Made by a program: the position numbers and the translations under genes. Shown in pieces: positions 23,272-31,837 of a DNA stretch of 64,000 nt. Origin of the DNA: an uncultured Planctomycetota bacterium (GTDB lineage: Bacteria; Planctomycetota; Planctomycetia; Isosphaerales; Isosphaeraceae); contig CAWGMQ010000006.1 of the NCBI GenBank assembly GCA_963823665.1, positions 1,762,597 to 1,826,596 of the forward strand. The letters run 5' to 3'. Position 1 is the first letter of the stretch. Each line of letters begins with the position of its first letter. The notes under the pieces were generated by a model, which was not told the DNA's origin, did not search any database, and worked only from the letters and a program-made list of their open reading frames with translations.

Positions 23272-24144
23272 ATGAGAAAACTGCGTCTGATCGCGACGTT
23301 CTTGATCGTTGTGCCGTCAGCGGCCGTGACAGCCCAGCGAGCGGGCGAGCCGCGGGACGCCGAAAAGACGTATGCACCAATGCCGTGGCATCTGGTGGAT
23401 ACGTGGTGGGACATCGGAAAGAACGTCCCTTTCGAGAGCCTGGCGGTCGATGTGACGATCAGCGACGACGTGCCGTCTTCGGTGAATCTCTACATCGCTC
23501 CCATCGGGCTTGGTCACCTCAGCAAGACCCCCTTTTACGGCGGGATTCAAACCCATGCGGATGGTTACACCAAGCGGGATCAGAACCTCCGTCAGATTGG
23601 ACCTGGGTTTTTGTTCTCGATGTGGGGGGAGCGAAGCGAGAGCGCGATTCGTCCCGCGGACGGAGGGTTCTTTCAGAGCTCGGGGCACGAGGGGGATTTT
23701 GTGAGCGTGCGCCGGGCGTTCGGCTGGAAGAAGGGGAAGTACACGTACCGGCTCAGCCGGATGGAACAGCAAACGATCGACGGCAAGCCTTATACCTGGG
23801 TCGGGGCGTTCGTGTATTCTCACGAGAACGACGAGAACCTTTTTGTCGGGGCGCTCCGTTTCAGGGGCGAGAACTTGATCCTGGACCGTAACGTGGCGAA
23901 TTTCATCGAGGTGTACGGGAGGCGAAAACCGGTGGAAGACATCCCGAAAGTGATCGTCACATTCAGCCCGCCTATTGTGAACGGGATAATCGCCACGAAT
24001 CTTACTGCGAAGGCGATCTATCCAAAGGGCGTGCCAGACTACGCCGAAGCCGCGGTGGAGGGTGGTTCACTGGTCATCAAGGTGGGTCATCTGGTGAGCG
24101 ACAGGGAGAAAAGAGAGTCGATCCTGATCGGATCGAAGAAGTAG
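23272..24144 (+). CDS. Secreted protein, possibly DUF3472-like
   Basis: Signal peptide, GAGGAG RBS; 'FYGGIQ', 'LFSMWG', 'GHEG', 'WKKGKY'. Confidence 0.6.
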   Translation: MRKLRLIATFLIVVPSAAVTAQRAGEPRDAEKTYAPMPWHLVDTWWDIGKNVPFESLAVDVTISDDVPSSVNLYIAPIGLGHLSKTPFYGGIQTHADGYTKRDQNLRQIGPGFLFSMWGERSESAIRPADGGFFQSSGHEGDFVSVRRAFGWKKGKYTYRLSRMEQQTIDGKPYTWVGAFVYSHENDENLFVGALRFRGENLILDRNVANFIEVYGRRKPVEDIPKVIVTFSPPIVNGIIATNLTAKAIYPKGVPDYAEAAVEGGSLVIKVGHLVSDREKRESILIGSKK

Positions 24145-24323
24145 GCGATCAGCCCGTGAGGACTCAGAAACGTGCGAAGCCGATTCGCGCCGGATGATGC
24201 CAGTGGTGGTTGCCGAGCGGCTCGGATCGGGTTGCTGGGTCGGCAGGCGAATAACATGCCGCCCTGGTCAGGCGACCTCAATTTCATTCCTTTCCTCGAA
24301 CAACGCGATGAGGATTGCGAGCA

Positions 24324-24668
24324 ATGAGAAGTCTCATCCGGGGCCTGGCATGTGGGTTGGTGATTTTGAGCGGCGCGACGACCGCGGCTGCGGCGGATGG
24401 TGCGGGACAGGAGGGCAATTCGTCGCCCTTGGTCTGGATCATCATGTTCCTTCCCGCGTGCGTCATCGTCGTTTTCTTGTACTTCGTCATTCGCAAAAAC
24501 CGAGCGATCTCTGAGGCCAGCATCAAGCGGTTCGACGAACATAGGGCATTCACCGTAGCACACATGCAGCGTCTGGAGTCGCAGATCGAGAATGTGGACA
24601 AGAGGCTGATCCGGATGATCGAACTGCTGGAAAGGATCGTGCAAGCGCAAAGGCGGGAGCAGAGTTAA
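24324..24668 (+). CDS. Hypothetical membrane protein with a coiled-coil tail
   Basis: Signal peptide, TM segment 'LVWIIMFLPACVIVVFLYFVI', heptad-like C-terminus. Confidence 0.6.
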   Translation: MRSLIRGLACGLVILSGATTAAAADGAGQEGNSSPLVWIIMFLPACVIVVFLYFVIRKNRAISEASIKRFDEHRAFTVAHMQRLESQIENVDKRLIRMIELLERIVQAQRREQS

Positions 24669-24901
24669 AGTTCTCGGTGCGTGACGTCGTCGAGCGAAAG
24701 ACGTTTCCAATTGCCCGCATTCGCCTAGCCGCTCGCCGGATCGATTGGTCACGGCTGCTTGGTGATGTTCGTGCCGGTCACCTGGTTTCGGCAGCAGCCG
24801 TCCCGATGGCGTCCCTGTGAGGTGCCATAGCATCCGTCCCAGGAAGGGGCGTAAAATGGTAGATGGCAACTCCGTCAAGGCCTGCTGAGGAGCGAGATCG
24901 T

Positions 24902-25645
24902 ATGACGACTCACGTCGCAAGGGCTTCCCGATGGGCCTTGCTCATGTTCCTGGCGATATGGGAACCGGCCACCGCGGACGGGCCCGACCCTACGTCCGCC
25001 TATGAGAAACGCTCGGTCCAGGATTTCACTGTGCTGGTCAACCGCCGGGTGCTCGATCACAAGAAGGATGGCGCCGAGTCGCTCAAGGAGGTGAGCGCGC
25101 AGCTCGAAAGGATCGCCCGCGTCGTTTCGCCCAAGCGGCTGGCCAAGCTGCGAAAGGTCCGCATCTGGGTGGAGTGGGCGGACGATCCCAAAGACTTGAC
25201 GGTGTTCCACCCCTCGGCGAAATGGCTCCGTGAGAACGGCTACAACCCGGAGAAGGCCGGCGGCATCGAGGTCCCCAGCGCGTCCAAATTCATCGAGTGC
25301 TCGCGCGACGACCAGCCCTGGTGTCTGATGCACGAAATGGCCCACGCCTACCAGTTCAACGTTCTCGGCGAGGACCACCCCGCCGCCCAGAAGGCGTACC
25401 AGAAGGCGATGGACCGCGGGCTGTATCAGTCGGTTGCCCACGTCCATGGGGGGAAGCGGAAGGCCTACGCGGCGACGAACTACAAGGAGTATTTCGCCGA
25501 GCTGACCGAGGCGTACTTCGGCAAGAACGACTTCTTCCCCTTCAACCGCGCGGACCTGAAGAAGTACGACCCGACCGGGTATGAGTTGATGCAGGATGTC
25601 TGGGGGCAGCCGAGCGAGGGTGCGGCCCCGTCCCGGAAGCGATGA
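24902..25645 (+). CDS. Secreted zincin metallopeptidase (ATLF/MtfA-like)
   Basis: HExxH 'HEMAH', 'YAATNYKEYFAELTEAYF', 'LKKYDP'. Confidence 0.8.
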   Translation: MTTHVARASRWALLMFLAIWEPATADGPDPTSAYEKRSVQDFTVLVNRRVLDHKKDGAESLKEVSAQLERIARVVSPKRLAKLRKVRIWVEWADDPKDLTVFHPSAKWLRENGYNPEKAGGIEVPSASKFIECSRDDQPWCLMHEMAHAYQFNVLGEDHPAAQKAYQKAMDRGLYQSVAHVHGGKRKAYAATNYKEYFAELTEAYFGKNDFFPFNRADLKKYDPTGYELMQDVWGQPSEGAAPSRKR

Positions 25646-25714
25646 GCGGGCCGAACCGAGAATGAGGGTTCGGCGCAGCCGATTCGTTCGTTGCTGGAAT
25701 CGGTCCAAGCCCTT

Positions 25715-25905
25715 CGACGTCGGCGGTGGCCAGGCCCGCCGCGGTGATCGTTGCCACGGTGGTGGTGGCCGAGGCTCACGTCACCTGGCTCGTGAGCATC
25801 TGGGTCGAGTGGTCCGAATAGGTGCCGGTCGCTCTGAACTGTTCGCTCAGCCCCTTGGCGATGCTCGGGTTGGCGGGCGTGACCGCGATCGAGACCAGCG
25901 CCACC
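25715..25905 (-). pseudogene. Remnant bacterial Ig-like (Big_2) domain with a nonsense codon
   Basis: Hand translation: '[57 protein letters not shown]'. TGA at 25776-25778 sits at the conserved Trp position. Confidence 0.7.
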
Positions 25906-26041
25906 GAGAACTGATACGTCTCCCGGCGCCGCCCCGGACTGGTCCGAAGGTCTCCACCGTTGGCCGCGGGTCTCGCGCCATCGTTGAAGGTGACCCGGGC
26001 CCCGTTGCTGGGCGAGCCGCCCGTGCTGGCGTTCCCGTCAC

Positions 26042-29000
26042 CTACGTCACCGTCGCCACTTGCACCGGGTTACCGCTGCTTTCGTCGTCGGTGGTCACCA
26101 CCACCGTCAGGCTACCGGCGTTTGTTGGCTTGGTCGAGAACGTCACGGTCAGCGAGGTCGCGGTCGCCGCGGTGATTGTGCCGACGGCGCCGTCGTTGAA
26201 CGCGACCGTGTTATTGGCGGCGGACGGATCGAAGCCGAAGCCGCTGATCGTGATCTGGGTCGCGCTCGCGGCCAGGTTGGCGGTGCTGGAGGTCACGACC
26301 GGAGTCACCGTCGCCACTTGCGCCGGGTTACCGCTGTTTTCGGCGACGCCGGCGTTGTCGGTGGTCACCACCGCCGTCAAGCTGCCAGCGGTCTTGGGCT
26401 TGGTCGAGAACGTCACGGTGAGCGAGGTCGGGCTCGCCGTCGTGACCGTGCCGGCGGCACCGTCGTTAAAGGCCACTGTGTTATCGGCGGCCGTGGGATC
26501 GAAGCCGAAGCCGTTGATCGTGATCTGGGACGCGTTGGCCGACAGGTTGGCGGTGCTGGCTGTCACCACCGGCGAGACCGTGCCCACGTGCACCGGGGCG
26601 CCGCTGCTCTCGTTGTCGATGGTCACTATCGCAGTCAGGCTGCCCTCCGTGGTGGGATCGGTCGAGAACTTCACGGTCATCGTGGTGGAGTTCGCCGAGG
26701 CGACCGTGCCGACGGCGCCGTCGTTGAAGACGACGGTGTCATGGGCGGCGGTCGGATCGAAGCCGAAGCCCTTGAAAGTGAACGTGGTCGCGTTGGCGGC
26801 CACACCGTAATTGCTGGCGGTCACCACCGGCGTCACGGTCGCGACTTGCACGGCGGCGCCGCTGCTGACGCCGTCCGAGTGGACGATGGCAGTCAGACTG
26901 CCGGCGGTGGTAGGCGTTGTCGAGAACGTCACGGTCAGCGCGGTCGAGGTTGCCGCCGTCACGGAACCGACCGCGCCGTCATTGAAGGTCACCGTGTCAT
27001 AGGCGGCAGTCGGATCGAAACCGGAGCCTTGGATCGTGATCTGGCCTGCGCTGGCGGCCAGGTTGGCCGTGCTGGACGACAGCACCACCGTGACCGGAGA
27101 TATCACCGTCGCGACTTGCACGGCGGCGCCGCTGCTTTGGTTGTCGGTGGTCACCACCGCGGTCAAGCTGCCTGTGGCGGTGGGCTTGGTCGAGAACGTC
27201 ACTGTGAACGAGGTCGGAGTGGCCGTCGCGACCGTGCCGACGGCGCCATCGTTGAACGCGACCGTGTTATTGGCGGCGGTCGGATCGAAGCCGAAGCCGT
27301 TAATGGTGATCTGGGGCGCATTGGCAGCCAGGTTAGCCGTGCTGGCGGTCACCACCGGCGTCACCGTCGCCACTTGCACCGCAGTCCCGCTGCTGATCTT
27401 GTCGGTGGCCACGACCGCGGTCAGGCTGCCGGCGGTGGCCGGCCGGCTCGACAAGTTCACGGTCAGCGCGGTCGCGGTCGCCGTTATAACCGTGCCGGCG
27501 GCACCGTCGTTAAAGGCGACCGTGTTATCGGCGGCCGTTGCGTCGAAGTCCAAGCCGTGGATCGTGATCTGGGTCGCGCTCGCGGCCAGGTCGGCCGTGC
27601 TGAGTGTCACCACCGGCGTCACGGTCGCCACTTGCACCGGGGCCCCGCTGGTGACATTGTCGGTGGTCACCACGGCGGTCAGAGTGCCGACGATGGTCGG
27701 CCGGCCGGTGAAGTTCACGGTCAGCGAAGTCGGGGTGGCCCCCGTGACCGTGCCGTGCGCGCTGAGATTGAAGGTCACCAAGTTATTGGCGGCCGTCGAA
27801 TCGAAGCCGAAGCCGTGGATCGTGATCTGAGTCGGGTTGGCGCTGATGGCGGCGGTACTGGCGGTCATTACTGGCGCCACGGTCGCCACTTGCACGGCGG
27901 AGCCGCTGCTGACGCCGTCCGAGTGGACGATGGCAGTCAGGCTGCCGGCGGTGGTGGGCCTGGTCGAGAACGTCAGGGTCAGCGCGGTCGAGGTTGCCGC
28001 CGTCACCGAACCGACCGCGCCGTCATTGAAGGTCACCGTGTCATAGGCGGCCGCCGGATCGAAACCGGAGCCGTCGATCGTGATCTGGCCTGCGCTGGCG
28101 GCCAGGTTGGCCGTGCTCGACGACACCACCACCGTCACCGCAGATGTCACCGCCGCGACTTGCACGGCGGCGCCGCTGCTTTGGTTGTCGGTGGTCACCA
28201 CCGCGGTCAGGCTGCCGGCGGTGGTGGGCTTGGTCGAGAAGTTCACGCTAAGCGAGGTCGGAGTGGCCGACGTGACCGTGCCAACGGCGCCATCATTGAA
28301 CGCGACCGTGTTATTAGCGGCGGTTGGATCGAAGCCGAAGCCGTTGATGGTGATCTGGGGCGCATTGGCGGCCAGGTGGCCCGTGCTGGCGGTTACCACC
28401 GGCGTCACCGTCGCCACTTGAACCGCAGTCCCGCTGCTGATCTTGTCGGTGGTCACGACCGCGGTGAGGCTGCCGGAGGTGGTGGGCTCGGTCGTGAGCG
28501 TCACGGTGAACGAAGTGGGGCTGGACTTCGTGACCGTGCCGGCGGCGCCGTTGTTGAACGTGACTGTGTCATTCGCGGCCGTCGCATCGAAGCCCAGGCC
28601 ATTGATCGTGATCTGGGTCGCGCTCGCGGCTAGCTGGGCCGTGCTGGCAGTCACGACGGGCGTCACCGTCGCCACTTGAACCGCGGCGCCGCTGCTTTGG
28701 TTGTCGGTGGTCACCACCGCGGTCAAGCTGCCGGCGGTGGTGGGCCTGGTCGAGAACGTCACGGTCAGCGCGGTTGGGCTCGCCGTCATGACCGTGCCGA
28801 CCGCGCCGTCGTTGAACGTGATCGTGTTATTGGCGGCGGTCGGATCGAAGCCCAGGCCCTTGATCGTGACCTGGGTCGCGCTCGCGGCCAGGTCGGCGGT
28901 GCTGGCGGTCACGACCGGCGTCACCGTCGCCACTTGCACCGCGGCGCCGCTGCTTTGCTTGTCGGTGGTCACGATGGCGGTCAGGCTGCCGGCGGTGGTG

Positions 29001-31747
29001 GGCCTGGTCGTGAACGTCACGGTGAGCGCGGCTGGGCTCGCAGTCATGACCGTGCCGGCGGCGCCGTCGTTGAACGTGACCGTGTTATTAGCGGCGGTCG
29101 GGTCGAAGCCCAGGCCGTTGATCGTGATCTGGGTCGCGCTCGCGGGTAGCTGGGCTGTGCTGGCGGTCACCACGGGCGTCACCGTCGCCACTTGCACCGC
29201 GGCGCCGCTGCTTTGCTTGTCGGTGGTCACGATGGCGGTCAGGCTGCCGGCGGTGGTGGGCCTGGTCGAGAACGTCACAGTCAGCGCGGTTGGGCTCGCC
29301 GTCATGACCGTGCCGACCGCGCCGTCGTTGAACGTGATCGTGTTATTGGCGGCGGTCGGATCGAAGCCCAGGCCGTTGATCGTGATCTGCGACGCGCTCG
29401 CGGCCAGGTTGGCCGTGCTGGACGTCACCACGGGCGTCACCGTCGCCACTTGCACCGCAGTCCCGCTGCTGATCTTGTCGGTGGTCACGATGGCGGTCAG
29501 GCTACCGGCGGTTGTGGGCTTGGTCGTGAACGTCACGGTGAGCGAAGTCGGGCTGGCCGTCGCGACCGTGCCGGCGGCGCCGTCGTTGAACGTGACTGTG
29601 TCATTGGCGGCGGTCGCATCGAAGCCCAGGCCCTTGATCGTGATCTGGGTCGCGCTCGCGGGTAGCTGGGCTGTGCTGGCGGTCACCACGGGCGTCACCG
29701 TCGCCACTTGCACCGCGGCGCCGCTGCTTTGCTTGTCGGTGGTCACGATGGCGGTCAGGCTGCCGGCCGTGGTGGGCCTGGTCGAGAACGTCACAGTCAG
29801 CGCGGTTGGGCTCGCCGTCATGACCGTGCCGACCGCGCCGTCGTTGAACGTGATCGTGTTATTGGCGGCGGTCGGATCGAAGCCCAGGCCCTTGATCGTG
29901 ATCTGGGACGCGCTCGCGGCCAAGTCGGCGGTGCTGGCGGTCACGACCGGCGTCACGGTCGCCACTTGCACGGCGGCGCCGCTGCTGACGCCGTCCGAGT
30001 GGACGATGGCAGTCAGGCTGCCGGCGGTGGTGGGCCTGGTCGAGAACGTTACGGTCAGTGAGTCGAAAGTCGCGGCCGTGACCGTGCCAATCGCGCCGTC
30101 GTTGAATGTGACGGTGTCGTTGGCGACGATCGGATCGAAGGCCACACCGTTGATCGTGATCTGGGTCGCGCTGGCAGCGAGGTTGGCGGTGCTGGCGGTC
30201 GGCACCGGGGTCGTGGTGCCGGTCAGGCCGTTGGGCGGGGCCGGGTTGTCGCTGACCAAATTGTGGGTGCTGCCGGTCAGGCTGGGCGCGAGGGCGCCAT
30301 CGATGGCGCTCGCGTAGAATTCGCTGACGGTGGTCGAGGCATTCTGGCCGAGGATGCTGTTGACGACGGTGGCGGTCGCCTTTTCGTTGCTGCCATCGCT
30401 GAGGACGTAGACGCCTTCGCCCGCCTGGGCCCCCTGGTCGGTGGTGCCGAACTGGCCCCCGGCGGCGCCTGAGGCAGTGTTGCCGCGGAAGGTGTCGGAG
30501 GTGGCGTTCAGGATGCCGTTGAGAAGGAAGACGGCACCGCCGTATCCGGAGCCGCCGCCGGCGAGCAGGTCAGTGGGGGATTGGGAAGTAACGATGTTAC
30601 CGCCGGCGCCGCCGGCGGCGGTGTTGCCGGTGAACGTGTCGCTGGTCAGGGTGAGGGTCCCGCCGTTGCTGAAGATGCCTCCTCCCAGCCCGGCACCGCC
30701 GCCGCCGGCGCCATCGTAACTACTGCCGCCTTCTATGCCGCCGCCACCGCCGAAGCCCCCTCTTCCGGGATAGAGCCCGTTGGTGGGAGACAGAGGGTTG
30801 AAGCCGGCGCCGCCGCCGCCGCCGCCGAAGCCCCCGTTACCGCCATTGCCGCCACCGTGGTCGACCAAGCCAAAAGTAGTCGGCCAGGAAACGCCCGTAC
30901 CGCCGCCGCCGCCGCCGCCGCCAAAACCGCCGGAGCCGCCGGGCCCGGTTGTGAGTTGCCCACCGATATCGAAGCCGCCGCCGCCGCCGCCGCCGCCGAA
31001 GCCGCCGTTTTTGTTGTGGGCGCCGCCATTGAGTCCGCCCCCTTTATCGCCATCCCCTGATGAGGTCGAGCCAAGGCCTCCGCCACCTCCGCCCGAGCTC
31101 GCCGGGTCCGAACCAGGTTGAGCATTTCCTCCGCTGCCGCCTTGGGCGCTGTTATTGACGAAAGTGCAGCCGTCCGCCTCGAAGACACCTTCGACGAACA
31201 CCGCGCCGCCCAAACCAGCGCCGCCGCCGCCGCCGCCGCCGAAGGTGCTGTCGCCGGCGCCGCCGGTGGCTTTCCCGTCTGCCAGAGTCAGGTTGTCGAG
31301 CGTCAGCGAGTCGCCGCCGGCCACGACGAACGGCCGCACAGCATTGCCGCCGTTGATGACCAGTCCAGGCGCCCCGGAGCCTTCGATGGTAATCTTGGTG
31401 CCGGACCCGGTGATGTAGAACGCCGTCGGGCCAAACTCTGCGGCAGCCGAGTTGACGTCTTCGGAATTGAGCTGGATCGTGGAATTGGCGGGCACGCCAC
31501 TGAACGTGATCACGGCTGCGGGGTCGTGGACGGCCACGGCCGCGGTGATGGCGGCGCCGAGACTGCCCGTGCCACTGTAATCCGTGTTGGTGACTGAGTA
31601 CGTGCTGAGCAAGCAGCGATCCTCCAGCAGCTCCAGAAGGTGCTTGCGGGTCCGAAACGCGCCGGATGGGATGGGCCGGCGGCGAGCGGGCGAGGAGCGG
31701 AACAGCGTTCGGAGGGTGGAGAGAAGGATGCGGCGCGGCATGGTCAA
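26042..31747 (-). CDS. Giant secreted/surface protein (1,901 aa): LExRxLL leader, Gly-rich region, 16 IPT/TIG-like repeats
   Basis: Leader 'LELLEDRCLLS', 'VTNTDYSGTGSL', poly-Gly tracts with 'GAGLGGAVF/GIF', then 16 units of about 86 aa ('QITIxGxGFDxTAANxTVxFNDGAxGTV...LTVTF...P'). Confidence 0.9.
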   Translation of the reverse strand: MTMPRRILLSTLRTLFRSSPARRRPIPSGAFRTRKHLLELLEDRCLLSTYSVTNTDYSGTGSLGAAITAAVAVHDPAAVITFSGVPANSTIQLNSEDVNSAAAEFGPTAFYITGSGTKITIEGSGAPGLVINGGNAVRPFVVAGGDSLTLDNLTLADGKATGGAGDSTFGGGGGGGAGLGGAVFVEGVFEADGCTFVNNSAQGGSGGNAQPGSDPASSGGGGGGLGSTSSGDGDKGGGLNGGAHNKNGGFGGGGGGGGFDIGGQLTTGPGGSGGFGGGGGGGGTGVSWPTTFGLVDHGGGNGGNGGFGGGGGGAGFNPLSPTNGLYPGRGGFGGGGGIEGGSSYDGAGGGGAGLGGGIFSNGGTLTLTSDTFTGNTAAGGAGGNIVTSQSPTDLLAGGGSGYGGAVFLLNGILNATSDTFRGNTASGAAGGQFGTTDQGAQAGEGVYVLSDGSNEKATATVVNSILGQNASTTVSEFYASAIDGALAPSLTGSTHNLVSDNPAPPNGLTGTTTPVPTASTANLAASATQITINGVAFDPIVANDTVTFNDGAIGTVTAATFDSLTVTFSTRPTTAGSLTAIVHSDGVSSGAAVQVATVTPVVTASTADLAASASQITIKGLGFDPTAANNTITFNDGAVGTVMTASPTALTVTFSTRPTTAGSLTAIVTTDKQSSGAAVQVATVTPVVTASTAQLPASATQITIKGLGFDATAANDTVTFNDGAAGTVATASPTSLTVTFTTKPTTAGSLTAIVTTDKISSGTAVQVATVTPVVTSSTANLAASASQITINGLGFDPTAANNTITFNDGAVGTVMTASPTALTVTFSTRPTTAGSLTAIVTTDKQSSGAAVQVATVTPVVTASTAQLPASATQITINGLGFDPTAANNTVTFNDGAAGTVMTASPAALTVTFTTRPTTAGSLTAIVTTDKQSSGAAVQVATVTPVVTASTADLAASATQVTIKGLGFDPTAANNTITFNDGAVGTVMTASPTALTVTFSTRPTTAGSLTAVVTTDNQSSGAAVQVATVTPVVTASTAQLAASATQITINGLGFDATAANDTVTFNNGAAGTVTKSSPTSFTVTLTTEPTTSGSLTAVVTTDKISSGTAVQVATVTPVVTASTGHLAANAPQITINGFGFDPTAANNTVAFNDGAVGTVTSATPTSLSVNFSTKPTTAGSLTAVVTTDNQSSGAAVQVAAVTSAVTVVVSSSTANLAASAGQITIDGSGFDPAAAYDTVTFNDGAVGSVTAATSTALTLTFSTRPTTAGSLTAIVHSDGVSSGSAVQVATVAPVMTASTAAISANPTQITIHGFGFDSTAANNLVTFNLSAHGTVTGATPTSLTVNFTGRPTIVGTLTAVVTTDNVTSGAPVQVATVTPVVTLSTADLAASATQITIHGLDFDATAADNTVAFNDGAAGTVITATATALTVNLSSRPATAGSLTAVVATDKISSGTAVQVATVTPVVTASTANLAANAPQITINGFGFDPTAANNTVAFNDGAVGTVATATPTSFTVTFSTKPTATGSLTAVVTTDNQSSGAAVQVATVISPVTVVLSSSTANLAASAGQITIQGSGFDPTAAYDTVTFNDGAVGSVTAATSTALTVTFSTTPTTAGSLTAIVHSDGVSSGAAVQVATVTPVVTASNYGVAANATTFTFKGFGFDPTAAHDTVVFNDGAVGTVASANSTTMTVKFSTDPTTEGSLTAIVTIDNESSGAPVHVGTVSPVVTASTANLSANASQITINGFGFDPTAADNTVAFNDGAAGTVTTASPTSLTVTFSTKPKTAGSLTAVVTTDNAGVAENSGNPAQVATVTPVVTSSTANLAASATQITISGFGFDPSAANNTVAFNDGAVGTITAATATSLTVTFSTKPTNAGSLTVVVTTDDESSGNPVQVATVT
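26045..30200 (-). repeat. Intragenic tandem repeat, 16 x ~258 bp
   Basis: 16 'G.FD' units counted in the translation; near-identical DNA blocks recur at 258/516 bp spacing (e.g. 29192 vs 29708). Confidence 0.92.
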
Positions 31748-31837
31748 GCTCCGGTGTGTTCTCGGGGTCGCAACGGGATCGAAGGGAGTCCCGACTCGAG
31801 GCCGGGCGCGGCTGCGCCACGGGGCGCAGTCCCACGG

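Noticed and set aside
25596..31600. Long plus-strand ORFs (e.g. 26060-28633, 28701-30317) and Pro-rich ORFs
   Set aside because: Antisense shadows of the repetitive Thr/Val- and Gly-rich giant gene in high-GC DNA.
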